In this document: positions 49,814 through 63,700 of the stretch, piece by piece | Layout of the letters: each line of letters begins with the position of its first letter | Position numbering within the stretch: the stretch's first letter is position 1 | Assembly: GCA_032654565.1 (NCBI GenBank) | Contig: JAULAX010000015.1 | Span: 32,001 to 96,000 of the forward strand | From: Anaeromyxobacteraceae bacterium | GTDB taxonomy: Bacteria; Myxococcota; Myxococcia; Myxococcales; Anaeromyxobacteraceae | Reading direction: 5' to 3' | DNA: 64,000 nt | Program-made: the position numbers and the translations under genes | The notes under the pieces: model-generated | What the model was told of the DNA's origin: nothing | Database searches by the model: none | Seen by the model: the letters and a program-made list of their open reading frames with translations, nothing else

Positions 49814-49825
49814 GTGGCCCCCGGC

Positions 49826-50239
49826 TCAGCCGTTCTTCTGGACGCGGGCCCGCAGCAGGGCGCTGGCCAGGGTGATGTTCTTCTGCCCCTGCGCGGTGGC
49901 CAGCTCGGCCGCCGCCGCCAGGCCGTTCCCCCGACTGCTGGCCAGCTTCATCAGCATGGGCAGGTTGACGCCGGTGACCACCTCGATCTGCTCGTCGAGG
50001 AAGGTGAGCGCCAGGTTGGCGGGCGTACCGCCGAACATGTCGGTGAGCACCAGCACCCCCTCGGCGTCGGCGCCCACCTTGTGGATGGCGGTGGCCAGCC
50101 GGGCCCGCGCCTCCTCCACCGAGGTGGCGGCGTCGATGGAGATGGCGGCGGCGCAGGGCACCGGCCCGACGATGCCTTCGGCGGTGCGGAGCAGCTCCGC
50201 GGCCAACTGTCCGTGCGTGGCGACGACGAGTCCAACCAT
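49826..50239 (-). CDS. PTS mannose family IIA
   Basis: VATHG, LTDMFGGTPAN, GVNLPML. Confidence 0.93.
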   Translation of the reverse strand: MVGLVVATHGQLAAELLRTAEGIVGPVPCAAAISIDAATSVEEARARLATAIHKVGADAEGVLVLTDMFGGTPANLALTFLDEQIEVVTGVNLPMLMKLASSRGNGLAAAAELATAQGQKNITLASALLRARVQKNG

Positions 50240-50253
50240 GGCGGGGCGGAAAC

Positions 50254-51141
50254 CTACTCCTTCTCGATGTCTCGATGCCAGAGGCGAACCGCCTGGCCGG
50301 CCGCCTCGAGCCGCCGGGCCAGCTCCCCGGCGATGGCCACCGAGCGGTGCTTGCCGCCGGTGCAGCCGATGGCGATGGTCAGGTAGCTCTTGCCCTCGGC
50401 CTTGTAGCGGGGCAGCAGGAAGCCGCCGAAGTCGAGGAGCCGGTCGAGGAAGGCCTGGGCGTCCGGCTGCGCCAGCACGAAGTCGCGGACCTCCGGCTCG
50501 GTGCCGACCCGCGACCGCATCTCCGGGACGAAGTAGGGGTTGGGCAGGAAGCGGACGTCGAGCACCAGGTCGGCGTGGGCGGGGATGCCGTAGCGGAAGC
50601 CGAAGGAGACCACGGTGACGCCCAGCTTGGCCCCCTCGCCGCTGACGAAGCGCCGGCCCACCAGCCGCTTCAGGTCGTGGACGTTGAGGCTGGTGGAGTC
50701 GACCACCTCGTCGGCCACCTGGTGCAGCCCGGCCAGCGCCTGGCGCTCGGCGGCGATGCCGTCCTGCACGGTGCCGGAGGCGCCAGCGAGCGGGTGGCGG
50801 CGCCGGGTCTCGGAGTAGCGGCGCACCAGCGACTCGTCGGTGGCGTCGAGGAAGATCACCGTCAGGTCGAGCCCCTTGGCCCGCAGCTCGCCGAGGATGC
50901 GCGGCGCCTCCGGCAGGTGGCGGACGTCGCGGGCGTCGACCACCGCGGCGATGCGCGAGACCTCGCCGGCGGTGTGGCCGGAGAGCTCCAGCAGCTTCTC
51001 CAGCAGCACGATGGGCAGGTTGTCGACGCAGTAGAAGCCGGCGTCCTCCAGGGCCCGCAGCGCCGTCGACTTCCCCGAGCCGGAGACCCCGGTGATGATC
51101 ACCAGCCGCGGGGCGGCCACCGCCGGCGCCGGCCCGGTCAC
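50254..51141 (-). CDS. rapZ: RNase adapter RapZ (YhbJ/YvcJ)
   Basis: [43 protein letters not shown]. Confidence 0.95.
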   Translation of the reverse strand: MTGPAPAVAAPRLVIITGVSGSGKSTALRALEDAGFYCVDNLPIVLLEKLLELSGHTAGEVSRIAAVVDARDVRHLPEAPRILGELRAKGLDLTVIFLDATDESLVRRYSETRRRHPLAGASGTVQDGIAAERQALAGLHQVADEVVDSTSLNVHDLKRLVGRRFVSGEGAKLGVTVVSFGFRYGIPAHADLVLDVRFLPNPYFVPEMRSRVGTEPEVRDFVLAQPDAQAFLDRLLDFGGFLLPRYKAEGKSYLTIAIGCTGGKHRSVAIAGELARRLEAAGQAVRLWHRDIEKE

Positions 51142-52103
51142 TCGACGTCCGACTCGCCCGGGCTGGCCCCGGGGGAGAGGGCGATGGCCCGGTTGAGCCG
51201 CTCCTGGAACTCCAGCGCCGAGTGGTGGCCCTGCTGCTTGAGCAGGTGGTTGCGGGCGGCCACCTCGATGATGGTGGTCATGTTGCGGCCGGGCCGGACC
51301 GGGACCACCAGCATGGCGATCTCCACGTCGAGGATCCGGTACTTGCGGTCCTCGACGCCGAGCCGGTCGTACTCGACGCTGGGGTCCCACTCCACCAGCT
51401 CCATGACGATCTCGATCTTCTTGCGCTCGCGGATGGAGGCGACCCCGAAGAGGTCCTTGATGTTGATGATGCCCAGCCCGCGGATCTCCATGTGGTGCTT
51501 GATGATCTCGGAGCCGGCGCCGTAGACCGCCTTCTGGGTGCGCCGCTTGACGTCGACGATGTCGTCGGCCACCAGCCGGTGGCCGCGCATCACCAGGTCG
51601 AGCGCGATCTCGCTCTTGCCGATGCCCGACTTGCCCAGCAGCAGGATGCCGACGCCGAAGACGTCGAGCAGCACGCCGTGCATCGAGGTCTGGGCGGTGA
51701 GCACGTCCTCCAGGTAGCCCTGGATCTGCTCGATGAAGTTGGAGGAGACGTGGCTGGTGCGCAGCAGCGGCACCGCGGCCTCGTCGGCGGCGGCCACCAT
51801 CTCCGCGGTGGGCTGGATCCCCTTGGTGACGATCAGGCAGGAGACGTCCTCCTCGAAGAAGCGGCGCATGGCCTCGCGCACCTTCTCCACCGGGAGGGTG
51901 AGGAGGAAGCTCATCTCGGTGTTGCCGAAGATCTGCACCCGCTCGCCGTGCAGGTACTCGGTGAAGCCGGCCAGCACCAGCCCCGGCTTCTGGATGCGGG
52001 TGGAGCTGATGCGGCGCGAGATCCCCTGCTTGCCGGCCACCAGGGTCAGCCGCAGGTCGAAGTTCTTGTCGTCGAGGAGGGCCCCGACGCGGATGGCGTC
52101 CAT
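51138..52103 (-). CDS. hprK: HPr(Ser) kinase/phosphorylase
   Basis: [35 protein letters not shown]. Confidence 0.96.
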   Translation of the reverse strand: MDAIRVGALLDDKNFDLRLTLVAGKQGISRRISSTRIQKPGLVLAGFTEYLHGERVQIFGNTEMSFLLTLPVEKVREAMRRFFEEDVSCLIVTKGIQPTAEMVAAADEAAVPLLRTSHVSSNFIEQIQGYLEDVLTAQTSMHGVLLDVFGVGILLLGKSGIGKSEIALDLVMRGHRLVADDIVDVKRRTQKAVYGAGSEIIKHHMEIRGLGIINIKDLFGVASIRERKKIEIVMELVEWDPSVEYDRLGVEDRKYRILDVEIAMLVVPVRPGRNMTTIIEVAARNHLLKQQGHHSALEFQERLNRAIALSPGASPGESDVE

Positions 52104-52138
52104 GCCCGGCCGAGTCTACTCGCGGGGCTGGCGCGCCG

Positions 52139-52957
52139 CTACCGGGCGGGCTTCGGAGGGGCCGCCGGCTTCGGGGGAGGCGGGGGGGCGGCCGGGCCCG
52201 GCTCGGCGAGCAGCCGGTCGACCATGGCCGAGAGGCCGTCGAGGAAGGCCTCGTCGCCCGCCCCCTTGAGCCGCTCCGACACCGAGGCCACGGTGCGGGC
52301 CCGCGGGGCGTCCAGCGAGGAGATGGTGATCACCAGCGAGCTGCCCACCCGCCCCACCGAGCCGTGGACCACCCGGTCGGCCCCCAGCGCCCCGCCCAGC
52401 TCGGCGAGGCAGCCGGAGTCGGCGCAGCCGGAGAGCATCTGCCGCTTCTTCTCCACGCCCAGCAGGGCCGCCAGGTCCGACTCCGCCACCACCGAGACCC
52501 CGGGGCGCCGCCGCAGCTCGCCGGCCAGCGCCTCGTCGAAGACCGACACCGTCTCCTTCTTGACGTCGCCGCGCGGCGTCAGCGGCAGCAGCACCAGCTT
52601 GAGGGCCCGGACCCCCGGCGCCAGCCCGACGCCGGGCCGGGCGCAGACCACCTTCACGCCGGAGGGCGTCCAGAGCGAGGCGTGGAGCGGCCCGAGGACG
52701 CCGAAGGAGGTGAAGGCCTGCGCCACCCAGTAGAAGAAGGTGATCTGGCTCTCCACCCGGGCGAAGCCGTCGGGGCAGGTGGCGGCCAGGTCGACCGGGC
52801 CGGAGAGCTCGATGGCCCCGCCCAGGGCGCCGTGGTGCCACTGCTCGCGCGGGGCGCCCCCCTCGCCCACCACGCTGGGGCGCTCGTAGCGGATGTGGTA
52901 GCAGCCGGCCAGGCCGACCATCGCCAGCAGCCCCAGCAGCGCCGTGGCCCGCCTCAC
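52139..52957 (-). CDS. Bor-like lipoprotein fused to a TolB-N/CsgG-like alpha/beta domain
   Basis: Lipobox [14 protein letters not shown]...VKVVC Bor-like module; then [28 protein letters not shown]. Confidence 0.65.
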   Translation of the reverse strand: MRRATALLGLLAMVGLAGCYHIRYERPSVVGEGGAPREQWHHGALGGAIELSGPVDLAATCPDGFARVESQITFFYWVAQAFTSFGVLGPLHASLWTPSGVKVVCARPGVGLAPGVRALKLVLLPLTPRGDVKKETVSVFDEALAGELRRRPGVSVVAESDLAALLGVEKKRQMLSGCADSGCLAELGGALGADRVVHGSVGRVGSSLVITISSLDAPRARTVASVSERLKGAGDEAFLDGLSAMVDRLLAEPGPAAPPPPPKPAAPPKPAR

Positions 52958-53250
52958 CGCTTCACCTCCACGCACTGGATGGTGACGGTGCGCGGGTTGT
53001 AGACGCCGAAGGTGAGGACGTCGACCAGCCAGTCGGTGAACTGGGCGTCGCTGCGCCAGGCGGCCACGCCCTGCGGGCAGGCGGCGTCGAGGTCGACCAC
53101 CGGGTGGCCCACCAGCCCCCAGAAGAAGAAGTGGACGTCCTGCTCCACGTGGGTGGCGGCGGCGGGCCGGCCGGTCTGGTACCGGATGGTCTGGCAGCCG
53201 GCGAGGCCGAGCGCGAGCAGGGCGGCGGCGAGTCGGGCGCGGTGGGGCAC
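52954..53250 (-). CDS. Bor family small lipoprotein
   Basis: Lipobox LAGC; FFFWGLV..VDLDAACPQG..LTFGVYNPRTVTIQC. Confidence 0.8.
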   Translation of the reverse strand: MPHRARLAAALLALGLAGCQTIRYQTGRPAAATHVEQDVHFFFWGLVGHPVVDLDAACPQGVAAWRSDAQFTDWLVDVLTFGVYNPRTVTIQCVEVKR

Positions 53251-53385
53251 GAACAAGGTCTTTATCGCGCCGGAGCCCCGGCGAGAAGGGGCTACCGGTC
53301 CCGGGCCCGGGCGGCCGGCCCCGGTGGGTCTCCCCGGGCGGGCCGCGCGCTCACTGCCCCGGCTTGCCGCTATGCTGCGCGCGCG

Positions 53386-54354
53386 ATGCACCTGACCATC
53401 CTCTACCACGGCAACTGCTTCGACGGCTGCGCCTCCGCCGCCCTCTTCGGCCGCTTCCTGTCGGAGCGCGACGGGGCCAGGCTGGGCGGCGTGGTCCACC
53501 GCCCCATGGCCCACCAGCAGGGCGATCCCTTCCCCGCCGACGCCTTCTCCGGCCCCCTCAACGCCTGCGTCGACTTCCGCTTCTCGCCCCACCCCGGGCT
53601 CCACTGGTGGTTCGACCACCACGCCAGCGCCTTCATGTCGCCGGCCGACCGGGCCGTCTTCGAGGCCCGCGGCGCGCCGCAGCACTTCTGGGACCCGGCC
53701 GCCCCCTCCTGCACCGGCTTCATCGCCCGCACCCTGCGCGAGAAGTTCGGCTGGGAGGGGCGCGGGCTCGAGGAGCTGGTCCACTGGGCCGAGATCATCG
53801 ACGCCGCCCGCTTCCCCTCGGCGGCGGTGGCGGTCCGGCTCGACGAGCCGGCGCTGAAGCTGATGTCGCTGCTGGAGGCCACCCAGGACCCGGTCCTCCC
53901 CGACCGGGTCATCGAGGCCATGCGCCACCGCCCGCTGGCCTGGATCGTCGCCCAGCCCTGGGCCGCCGAGCCGCTGGCGCCGCTGCTGGCCCGCCACCAG
54001 GCGGCCATCGAGCTCTACCGGCAGCTGGCCCGGCAGGAGCACGGGGTGGTGCGGGTCGACCTGCTCGGCACCGGGCTGGAGAGCGCCAACAAGTTCATCG
54101 CCTACGACCTCTTCCCCCAGGCCCGCTACACCGTGGTGCTCTCCGAGGACCGCAAGCGGACCAAGGTCTCGGTCGGCTCCAACCCCTGGCCGCTGACCCC
54201 GCGCACCCACGACATCGCCGCGCTCTGCCAGCGCTACGGCGGCGGCGGCCACCCGGTGGTGGGGGCGGTCAGCCTGCCGCCCGGGCAGGCCGACCAGGCC
54301 CGGCGCATCGGCGCCGAGATCGCCGCCGCGCTCGGCGCCGAGGCGACGCCGTGA
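53386..54354 (+). CDS. DHH/DHHA1-like phosphoesterase
   Basis: YHGNCFDG, VDF, WFDHH, GGGGHPVVG. Confidence 0.8.
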   Translation: MHLTILYHGNCFDGCASAALFGRFLSERDGARLGGVVHRPMAHQQGDPFPADAFSGPLNACVDFRFSPHPGLHWWFDHHASAFMSPADRAVFEARGAPQHFWDPAAPSCTGFIARTLREKFGWEGRGLEELVHWAEIIDAARFPSAAVAVRLDEPALKLMSLLEATQDPVLPDRVIEAMRHRPLAWIVAQPWAAEPLAPLLARHQAAIELYRQLARQEHGVVRVDLLGTGLESANKFIAYDLFPQARYTVVLSEDRKRTKVSVGSNPWPLTPRTHDIAALCQRYGGGGHPVVGAVSLPPGQADQARRIGAEIAAALGAEATP

Positions 54355-54734
54355 CCCCCGGCCAGTACATCCTGGTGGTGGACGACGACGACGGCTTCCG
54401 CGAGGCGCTCTGCGAGGTGCTGGCCCAGGCCGGCTACCCGGTGGAGCAGGCGGCCAGCGGCGAGGAGGCGCTGGTGCAGCTGGAGGGGGAGGTGCCGGGC
54501 CTGGTGCTGCTCGACCTGAAGATGCCCGGCATCGACGGCTGGGGGGTCATCGAGCGGATGCGGGCCGAGCCGCGCTGGGCCGCCATCCCGGTGCTGATCC
54601 TCTCCGCCTACGGCTACGAGTGGGAGGCGGAGCTGCTCGGCGTGCAGGGCTACATCCCCAAGGCCGACGTGAAGCTGGACGGGATCCTGGCGCGGGTGAG
54701 GACCGCCGCCGGGGACCCGCCGCTGCGCCACTGA
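54351..54734 (+). CDS. Single-domain response regulator
   Basis: ILVVDDD, LLDLKMPGIDG, LSA, IPK; GTGA overlap with the upstream gene. Confidence 0.9.
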   Translation: MTPGQYILVVDDDDGFREALCEVLAQAGYPVEQAASGEEALVQLEGEVPGLVLLDLKMPGIDGWGVIERMRAEPRWAAIPVLILSAYGYEWEAELLGVQGYIPKADVKLDGILARVRTAAGDPPLRH

Positions 54735-54747
54735 GGGCCGGGACGAC

Positions 54748-55833
54748 CTACCCCGCCACCGGGTAGTCGGTGTAGCCCTTCGGCCCGGGCAGGTAGAAGG
54801 TGGCGAAGTCGGGCGGGGTGAGCGGAAGCCCGCGCTCCAGCCGCGCCACCAGGTCCGGGTTGGAGAGGAAGGGGCGGCCGAAGGCCACCAGGTCGGCGCG
54901 CCCCTCGGAGAGCGCCGCCTCGGCGCCAGCGCGGTCGAAGCCGCCGGCCAGGATGAAGGTGCGCGGCCAGGCGGCGCGCAGCGCCAGCTTGAGCGCGGCC
55001 GGCACCGGCGGCGCCCCCATGGCCGAGTGGTCGACCAGGTGGACGTACTGGATCCCGGTGGCCACCAGCGCCGCCACCAGCGTCCGGTAGGTCTCGTCGA
55101 TCTCCGGGTAGGCGACCATGCCGGCGTTGACGCCGTAGGGGGAGAGCCGGATGCCGACCCGCTCCCCGCCGATGGCGGCGGCCACCTGCCGCGCCACCTC
55201 CAGCACGAAGCCGAGCCGCTTCTCGATCGAGCCGCCCCAGGCGTCGGTGCGCCGGTTGGTGTCGGGGCTGATGAACTGCTCCATCAGGTAGCCGTTGGCG
55301 CCGTGCAGCTCGACGCCGTCGAAGCCGGCGGTGATGGCGTTCCTCGACGCCACCACGTACTCCTCGATGGCGGCGCGCACCTCGGCGTCGGTCATGGCGC
55401 GCGGCACCGGGTGGGCCTTCATCCCCTCGGCGTCGGTGTACATCTCGCCGGGCGCGGCCACGGCGCTGGGGGCCAGCAGCGCTCCGCCGGCCGGCAGGTT
55501 GAGCGGGTGGCCCACCCGCCCGGTGTGCATGAGCTGGACGACGATGCGGCCGCCGCGGGCGTGGACGGCCTCGGTCACCAGCCTCCAGCCGGCCACCTGG
55601 GCGGCGTTCCAGAGCCCGGGGATGCGCGGGTAGCCGGTGCCGTTGGGCGACGGCGAGGTCCCCTCGGTGATGATCAGGCCGGCGCTGGCGCGCTGCGCGT
55701 AGTACTCGGCCATCAGGGCGTTGGGGGTGCTGGCCTCGACGGCGCGGCTCCTGGTCATGGGGGCCATGACCAGGCGGTTCTTCAGGGGGAGCGGGCCGAC
55801 GGTGGCGGGGGCGAAGAGGGAGGCGGTGGTCAC
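54748..55833 (-). CDS. Old Yellow Enzyme family alkene reductase (NemA-like)
   Basis: NRLVMAPMTRSRA, YYAQRAS, GFDGVELHGANGYL, GYTDYP; AGGAG RBS. Confidence 0.95.
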   Translation of the reverse strand: MTTASLFAPATVGPLPLKNRLVMAPMTRSRAVEASTPNALMAEYYAQRASAGLIITEGTSPSPNGTGYPRIPGLWNAAQVAGWRLVTEAVHARGGRIVVQLMHTGRVGHPLNLPAGGALLAPSAVAAPGEMYTDAEGMKAHPVPRAMTDAEVRAAIEEYVVASRNAITAGFDGVELHGANGYLMEQFISPDTNRRTDAWGGSIEKRLGFVLEVARQVAAAIGGERVGIRLSPYGVNAGMVAYPEIDETYRTLVAALVATGIQYVHLVDHSAMGAPPVPAALKLALRAAWPRTFILAGGFDRAGAEAALSEGRADLVAFGRPFLSNPDLVARLERGLPLTPPDFATFYLPGPKGYTDYPVAG

Positions 55834-55946
55834 GATGGTGCTCCTGGGAGGTTTCCGGGCGAGGATGACGCCGGGCGTTAGATGTAAGCGGGCCGCCGCC
55901 CGGAGCAACGGGATTGTGGGCCACCCCGAACGCGAGGAGACCATCG

Positions 55947-56873
55947 ATGTCGCTCTACCAGCACTTCAAGGGGAAGGGACCGAGCGGCTTCGGCTACGGC
56001 TCCACCGCCGCCGAGGTCACCGCCGGGCTCTCGCTGCAGGGGAAGACCATCCTGGTCACCGGCTGCGGCTCGGGGCTGGGGCTGGAGGCGCTGCGGGTGC
56101 TGGCGCTGCGCGGCGCCACCGTGATCGGCACCGCCCGGACGCTGGAGAAGGCCCAGGCCGCCTGCGCCTCGGTGGAGGGGCTGACGGTGCCGCTGGCCTG
56201 CGAGCTCTCCGACCCGGCCAGCGTCCGCGCCTGCGTGGAGGCGGTGCGGCGCGGCGGCCACCGGCTCGACGCGCTGATCTGCAACGCCGGGGTGATGGCG
56301 CTGCCGAAGCGGGAGCTGGTCCACGGGGTCGAGGCGCAGCTCTTCACCAACCACGTCGGCCACTTCATGCTGGTCACCGGCCTGCTCGACCGGCTCGCCG
56401 ACGACGGGCGGGTGGTGATGCTGAGCAGCGGCGCCCACAACATGGCGCCGAAGGCCGGCATCCTCTTCGACGACCTGGCCGCCGACCACGGCTACACGCC
56501 GTGGGGCCACTACGGCCAGTCGAAGCTGGCCAACCTGCTCTTCGCCAAGGAGCTGGCGCGCCGCCTCGCCGGGACCAGGCGGACCGCCAACGCCGTCCAC
56601 CCCGGCGTCATCATGAGCAACCTCTGGCGGCACATGCCCGGCCTCGCCAACTTCGCCCTCGGCCTGGTCGGGCCGCTGGTGCTCAAGGACGCGGCCCAGG
56701 GGGCGGCCACCGGGGTCTACGTGGCGGTCCACCCCGGCGCGGCGGCCACCTCGGGCGCCTACTTCGCCGACTGCAACCTGGCCCGGCCGCGCGCCGACGC
56801 CGACGACCCGGCCCTGGCCCGACGGCTCTGGGAGGTCACCGAGCGGCTGGTGGCCGGGCTGCCGACCACCTGA
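55947..56873 (+). CDS. SDR family oxidoreductase (retinol-dehydrogenase-like)
   Basis: TGCGSGLG, CNAG, YGQSK, AVHPG; GAGGAG RBS. Confidence 0.93.
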   Translation: MSLYQHFKGKGPSGFGYGSTAAEVTAGLSLQGKTILVTGCGSGLGLEALRVLALRGATVIGTARTLEKAQAACASVEGLTVPLACELSDPASVRACVEAVRRGGHRLDALICNAGVMALPKRELVHGVEAQLFTNHVGHFMLVTGLLDRLADDGRVVMLSSGAHNMAPKAGILFDDLAADHGYTPWGHYGQSKLANLLFAKELARRLAGTRRTANAVHPGVIMSNLWRHMPGLANFALGLVGPLVLKDAAQGAATGVYVAVHPGAAATSGAYFADCNLARPRADADDPALARRLWEVTERLVAGLPTT

Positions 56874-56905
56874 GCGACCCCGCCGGCGGCGGGGGGGGGC
56901 CGGGG

Positions 56906-59332
<2,427 letters not shown>

Positions 59333-59374
59333 GCGGACCACCCCCTCGCCGACGTCGAAGCTACCACCTCCGCG

Positions 59375-60745
59375 TCAGAACCTGCCAGCCAGCGCCACCC
59401 CCACCCCCGCCCCCGACGGCGCCGGCACCAGCGCCAGGCCGTCGGCCGCCTTCTCGCCGTCGACGCCGAACAGGTAGGCGTCCACCGCCGCCAGTGCCCA
59501 GACCCCGGCCGCCGACCAGAGGGCCGCGTTGCGCCAGCGGAAGTCCCGGTTGGCCTCGGCGCGCAGCGCCGCCGCCGCCGCGGCCGGATCGCTCCCCAGC
59601 GCGCCCGGCGTCACCATCGACTGGTAGTCCTTCTCGGCCTTGGCCCCCTTGAGCTGGAAGGCCAGCGCCACGCCCAGCGTCCCCGCCGCCGCCACGCCGA
59701 AGACCACCGCCTTGGCGCGCTGGCGGTTGTAGGCCTGGCCCCAGCCCGGCAGCAGCAGCGAGCGGAAGAGCGCGTCGTTGCGGCTGCGCAGCACCACCGC
59801 CTCGGAGGAGAGGGTGATCAGGGAGGCCGCCGAGACCGCCTCCGAGGCGGTGGCCAGCGTCTCGGAGGTCTCGGTGGCGACCACCCGGGCGTTCACCAGG
59901 AAGCGGTCGCCGGCGTCGGCGACGCTCCCCACCACCAGCGCCTGGGCGTCGGCCAGCTTGCCGAGCCGCGGGGCGTCCTTGGGATCGAGCAGCCCCATCT
60001 CCCCCAGCTTCACCTCGGTGAGCAGGGCCCCCAGCCGCGCCCGCTCCACCAGCAGCAGGCCGTGGAACTGGCGCAGGTCGGTGGCCACCTCCGCCGTCAC
60101 CACCGCCCCCAGCTCGCGTCGCTTCGCCTCCGCCCCCACGTCGACGAAGGGGAGCACCGCCAGCCGCTGGTAGCGCGCCGCCCCGGGGAGCCGGGCCAGC
60201 CCGGCCGCCAGCGTGTCGGAGAGGCGCCGCACCACCACGTCCACCGCCTCGGCGCGGGCGGTGGCCGCGCCCGGCCTCCCGGCGTCGAGGCGGGCGGTCT
60301 CGCTGGCCAGGACGTTGCCGGCGGGCAGGGCCACCAGCCGGACCTGCACCCGCACCGGTCCGTCCCCGCCGCCCGACGCCTCGGTCACCACCAGCGCCCC
60401 GACCTCCGGCAGCGGCGGCGGCGCCAGCCCACCGCCCAGCAGGGCCGCCAGGGTCTTCTCCCGCTGGGCCCGGTCGAGCAGCTCCCAGCTCCTCACCTTC
60501 ACCCGCCCGCTGCGCCCCAGCTCGGCGGCCAGCGCCTCGGTGAAGGGCCCGGCCCCGCCGGCCTGCTTCGCGGTCGCCGTCTCGCGGGCCGGGGTGATGG
60601 CCACCGTCTCCGTCCCCCCCCGCTTCTGCAGCGCCTCGGCGAGCGCCCCCGCCACCCGCCGCGCCGCGGCGGCCGTCTCCTCGCCCCTCGCCGGCGCGCC
60701 CGCCAGCAGGACCGCCGCCGCCACCACCCTCAGGATCACGCGCAT
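59375..60745 (-). CDS. Exported protein with two FlgO/CsgG-like domains and a C-terminal membrane segment
   Basis: Signal peptide; LAVLPF..LVERARL..LGKLADAQALVVGSV..VNARVV; RSLLLPGWGQAYN; terminal LAGRF. Confidence 0.75.
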   Translation of the reverse strand: MRVILRVVAAAVLLAGAPARGEETAAAARRVAGALAEALQKRGGTETVAITPARETATAKQAGGAGPFTEALAAELGRSGRVKVRSWELLDRAQREKTLAALLGGGLAPPPLPEVGALVVTEASGGGDGPVRVQVRLVALPAGNVLASETARLDAGRPGAATARAEAVDVVVRRLSDTLAAGLARLPGAARYQRLAVLPFVDVGAEAKRRELGAVVTAEVATDLRQFHGLLLVERARLGALLTEVKLGEMGLLDPKDAPRLGKLADAQALVVGSVADAGDRFLVNARVVATETSETLATASEAVSAASLITLSSEAVVLRSRNDALFRSLLLPGWGQAYNRQRAKAVVFGVAAAGTLGVALAFQLKGAKAEKDYQSMVTPGALGSDPAAAAAALRAEANRDFRWRNAALWSAAGVWALAAVDAYLFGVDGEKAADGLALVPAPSGAGVGVALAGRF

Positions 60746-60756
60746 GGCCGGCTCCC

Positions 60757-63700
60757 TCACCGCAGGTCGAAGACGCGGAACTTGTCGCCGCCGAGCAGGT
60801 AGGCCCAGGGCCCGGCCACCAGCAGGCGGGCGGCGTTCTGCGTGAAGAGCGCCTCGCTGGTCCGCCGGCTCCCCAGGTAGGTGGGGAACCGTCCGCCGCG
60901 GAAGAGCGGGGCCAGGTCGAAGGTGGCCAGCCCCAGGTTGTGGCGGGCGTAGAGCAGGTCGCCGGTGGGGGTGGGGTTCCCCAGCGGCAGCGGCGACTCG
61001 AAGGTGCCGACCAGGGTGGCGCCGGTGCCGTCGCCGCCGGGGCCGAGCAGGACCACGCCCAGCCCGTAGGGCGAGTGGCCGACCGCGCCGTCGTAGGTGA
61101 AGAAGAGCCAGCGACCGGTGACGGCCACGTCGCGGACCGTCTTCATGGGGTGGAGCGCGCCGAGCGTCACCGGCGCCAGCTCCACCAAGGCGGCCGGGGC
61201 CAGCGCGCTCCAGACCCGGACCCGGGCGTCCCAGCTGGTGCCGCCGGTGGTGACGGTGGAGGCGGCGTAGAGGCGCCGGCGATGCAGCGCCAGCCCGATC
61301 AGCTTCTCGGTGGCGGCGCCGGCGATGGTGGCGGCGAGCAGCGGCGCGCTCTTGCTGCGGACGTCGAGCGCCACCAGCGTCGAGCTGGCGCCGGACTGGT
61401 CCACCACCGCGTAGGCCGCCTCGGTGTCGCTCACCAGCGCCGGGATGGCCTGCCCGTTGACGCCGGTGGAGACGCTGCCCCGCGGCCCCCAGGCGGCGGT
61501 GCCGCGGCTGGCGTCGAAGAGCTGCAGGGTGGCCGGGTTGCCGGCGAAGGCGGCCAGCACGTCGCCGTCGATCCAGGCCAGCTGGTGGGGGATGGCCGGG
61601 GCGGTCCCGACGAAGACCGGGCGCGGCGGCACGCCGGCGGCCTGGCGGCCCGGATCGGCCCGCCAGAAGGACGGGAAGGTGGAGCCGCCGGCGTTGATGC
61701 CGCCGAGCACCAGCAGGTTGTCGTCGCCGGCCAGCGGCGCCACCGGCGGCCCGTAGCTGTACGGGACCGCCAGGTTGACCAGCGACTCGGAGGCCAGCTC
61801 CCCGCCGGCCGGGTTGACCGGCGTGGAGAGGACCAGGCCGTTCTGGTTGCAGTGGGCGAAGAGCGTGGCGCCGGAGACCTCGAGCGTGGTCGGGTAGTAG
61901 GAGGTGCCGGCGCCGCAGGCGGCGAAGGGCTGGGCGCCGTCGAAGCCGCCGCCCCGGGCGTAGAAGCGCGGGCCCGACTCGGGCGGTGGCGCGGAGGTGG
62001 TGGCCGACGGCGCCGTGCCCCACTTCGACTGGCCGATGAGGTAGCCGCCCTGGAGCACGGCGGCCTTGTAGACGCCGTAGGTGCCGGTCTCCACCGCGGG
62101 TGCGGAGGGGTTGCTCACGTCGACCACCGTGGTGTCGAGCAGCGCGGTGTCGCCGCGGACGGAGAGGTTGTACCCGATGCCGACGCTGGCGGTCTGCCCG
62201 AGCATGGTCACGTTGGTCCCGCTCAGGCCGTAGATCTGGAGGGCGCCGGCGCTGGTGGTGACGTAGAGGGTGTCGCCGCGCACCACCAGCGAGTTGGCCG
62301 ACACCGGCAGGGTGGCGGAGAGCACCGGGGCGGTCCGGTCGGTGACGTCCCAGAGCTGGATCCCGCCCGAGACCGGCAGGAAGAGCCGGTTGCCGGCCGG
62401 CACCACCCAGGCCGAGGTGGAGGAGAGCGGGACGGTGGAGGCGGAGGTGAGCGTCCCGTCGGCGCCGATGTCGAAGAGCCGGAGCGACCAGGAGAAGACC
62501 GAGGTCAGCACGTCCAGGGCGTAGAGGGTGTGGCCGTGGACCACCTTCGGGTAGAGGCGGTGGCCGGTCTCGGCGTAGGACCCGACCCGGGCCGGGACGG
62601 TGGGGTTGGAGACGTCGAGCACGTCGATGGCGCCGGAGATGGCGCGGGCGAAGACCCAGCCGTTCCCCTGGGCGAAGCTGTTGTCGAGGAACTCGGCGTG
62701 GAGGGTGACCGCCGCCGTCGCTCCGTCGGCCTTCACCTCGGCGTGGGTGACCCGGTTGCCCACGAAGCTGCTGCCCCCGGAGGCCAGCACCCGGTCGATG
62801 CCGCCGGCGTCGGCCACGCCGAGGGCGCGGACCTCGTTGCCGATCTGCGCCAGGTCGACCTGCACCGTCTGCTGCAGCGCTCCCGCGGCGTCGGTGAAGC
62901 GGCGCACCTCGAGGTTGCCGCGCGGGCTGACGGTGGCGTCGTAGGTGCCGAGGTAGAAGTGGTCGCCGCTGGCCACCGCCGGGGCGGCGTCCTGGGCGGT
63001 GGCGGCGAAGAGCCGCGGCGGGAACTTGCTGACCATCGGCCCGCTGGCGAGCAGCAGCGACCGCTCCGGCCGGGGGAAGTTCAATCCGGCCGGGTCGAAG
63101 GTGGCCACCTGGGTGACGCCGGTGAGCCCCACCCGGTCGATGGTCACGTACCCCACGTGGAAGGCGCCGAAGAAGGCGGCCACCGGCTCGGCCGGGACCG
63201 GGGCGTAGTAATCCCAGTTGGGCAGCGTGGTCAGGGAGCCGCCCGCCTCGGTGCGGAGCGCCGTGCCAGGGAAGGCGGTGGCGACGGTGGGCCGGGCGAC
63301 GTCGAAGGTGTAGAGGGTCGGGTCACCGGCGGCCGGCGAGGCCAGCACGCCGAGCAGCAGGCCGGTGCCGCCAGGGACCACGCCGGCGCCGTGGAAGCGG
63401 GTCGGCACCACCTTCTGGCCGGCGGCGTCGAGGAACTGGAGCGGCTCGCCGAGCGGCACCGGGGCCAGCGGGTCGGCCACCGAGTAGGCGCGCACCTGGT
63501 GGCGCTCCACCGCCCAGAGGGTCAGGCCGTCGGGCGCCAGGGCCAGGGTCTCGGCGCGGGCGTGGAGCGAGGCCACCGGCACGCCCAGCGAGGGGACGCC
63601 GCCGCGGGGCGCCGCCGGGAAGAAGAAGACGGTGACGCTGGCGCGGTAGGCGGCCGGCTCGCTGCGGTAGTCGGCCTCCAGCGAGCTGCCCGCCAGGTAG

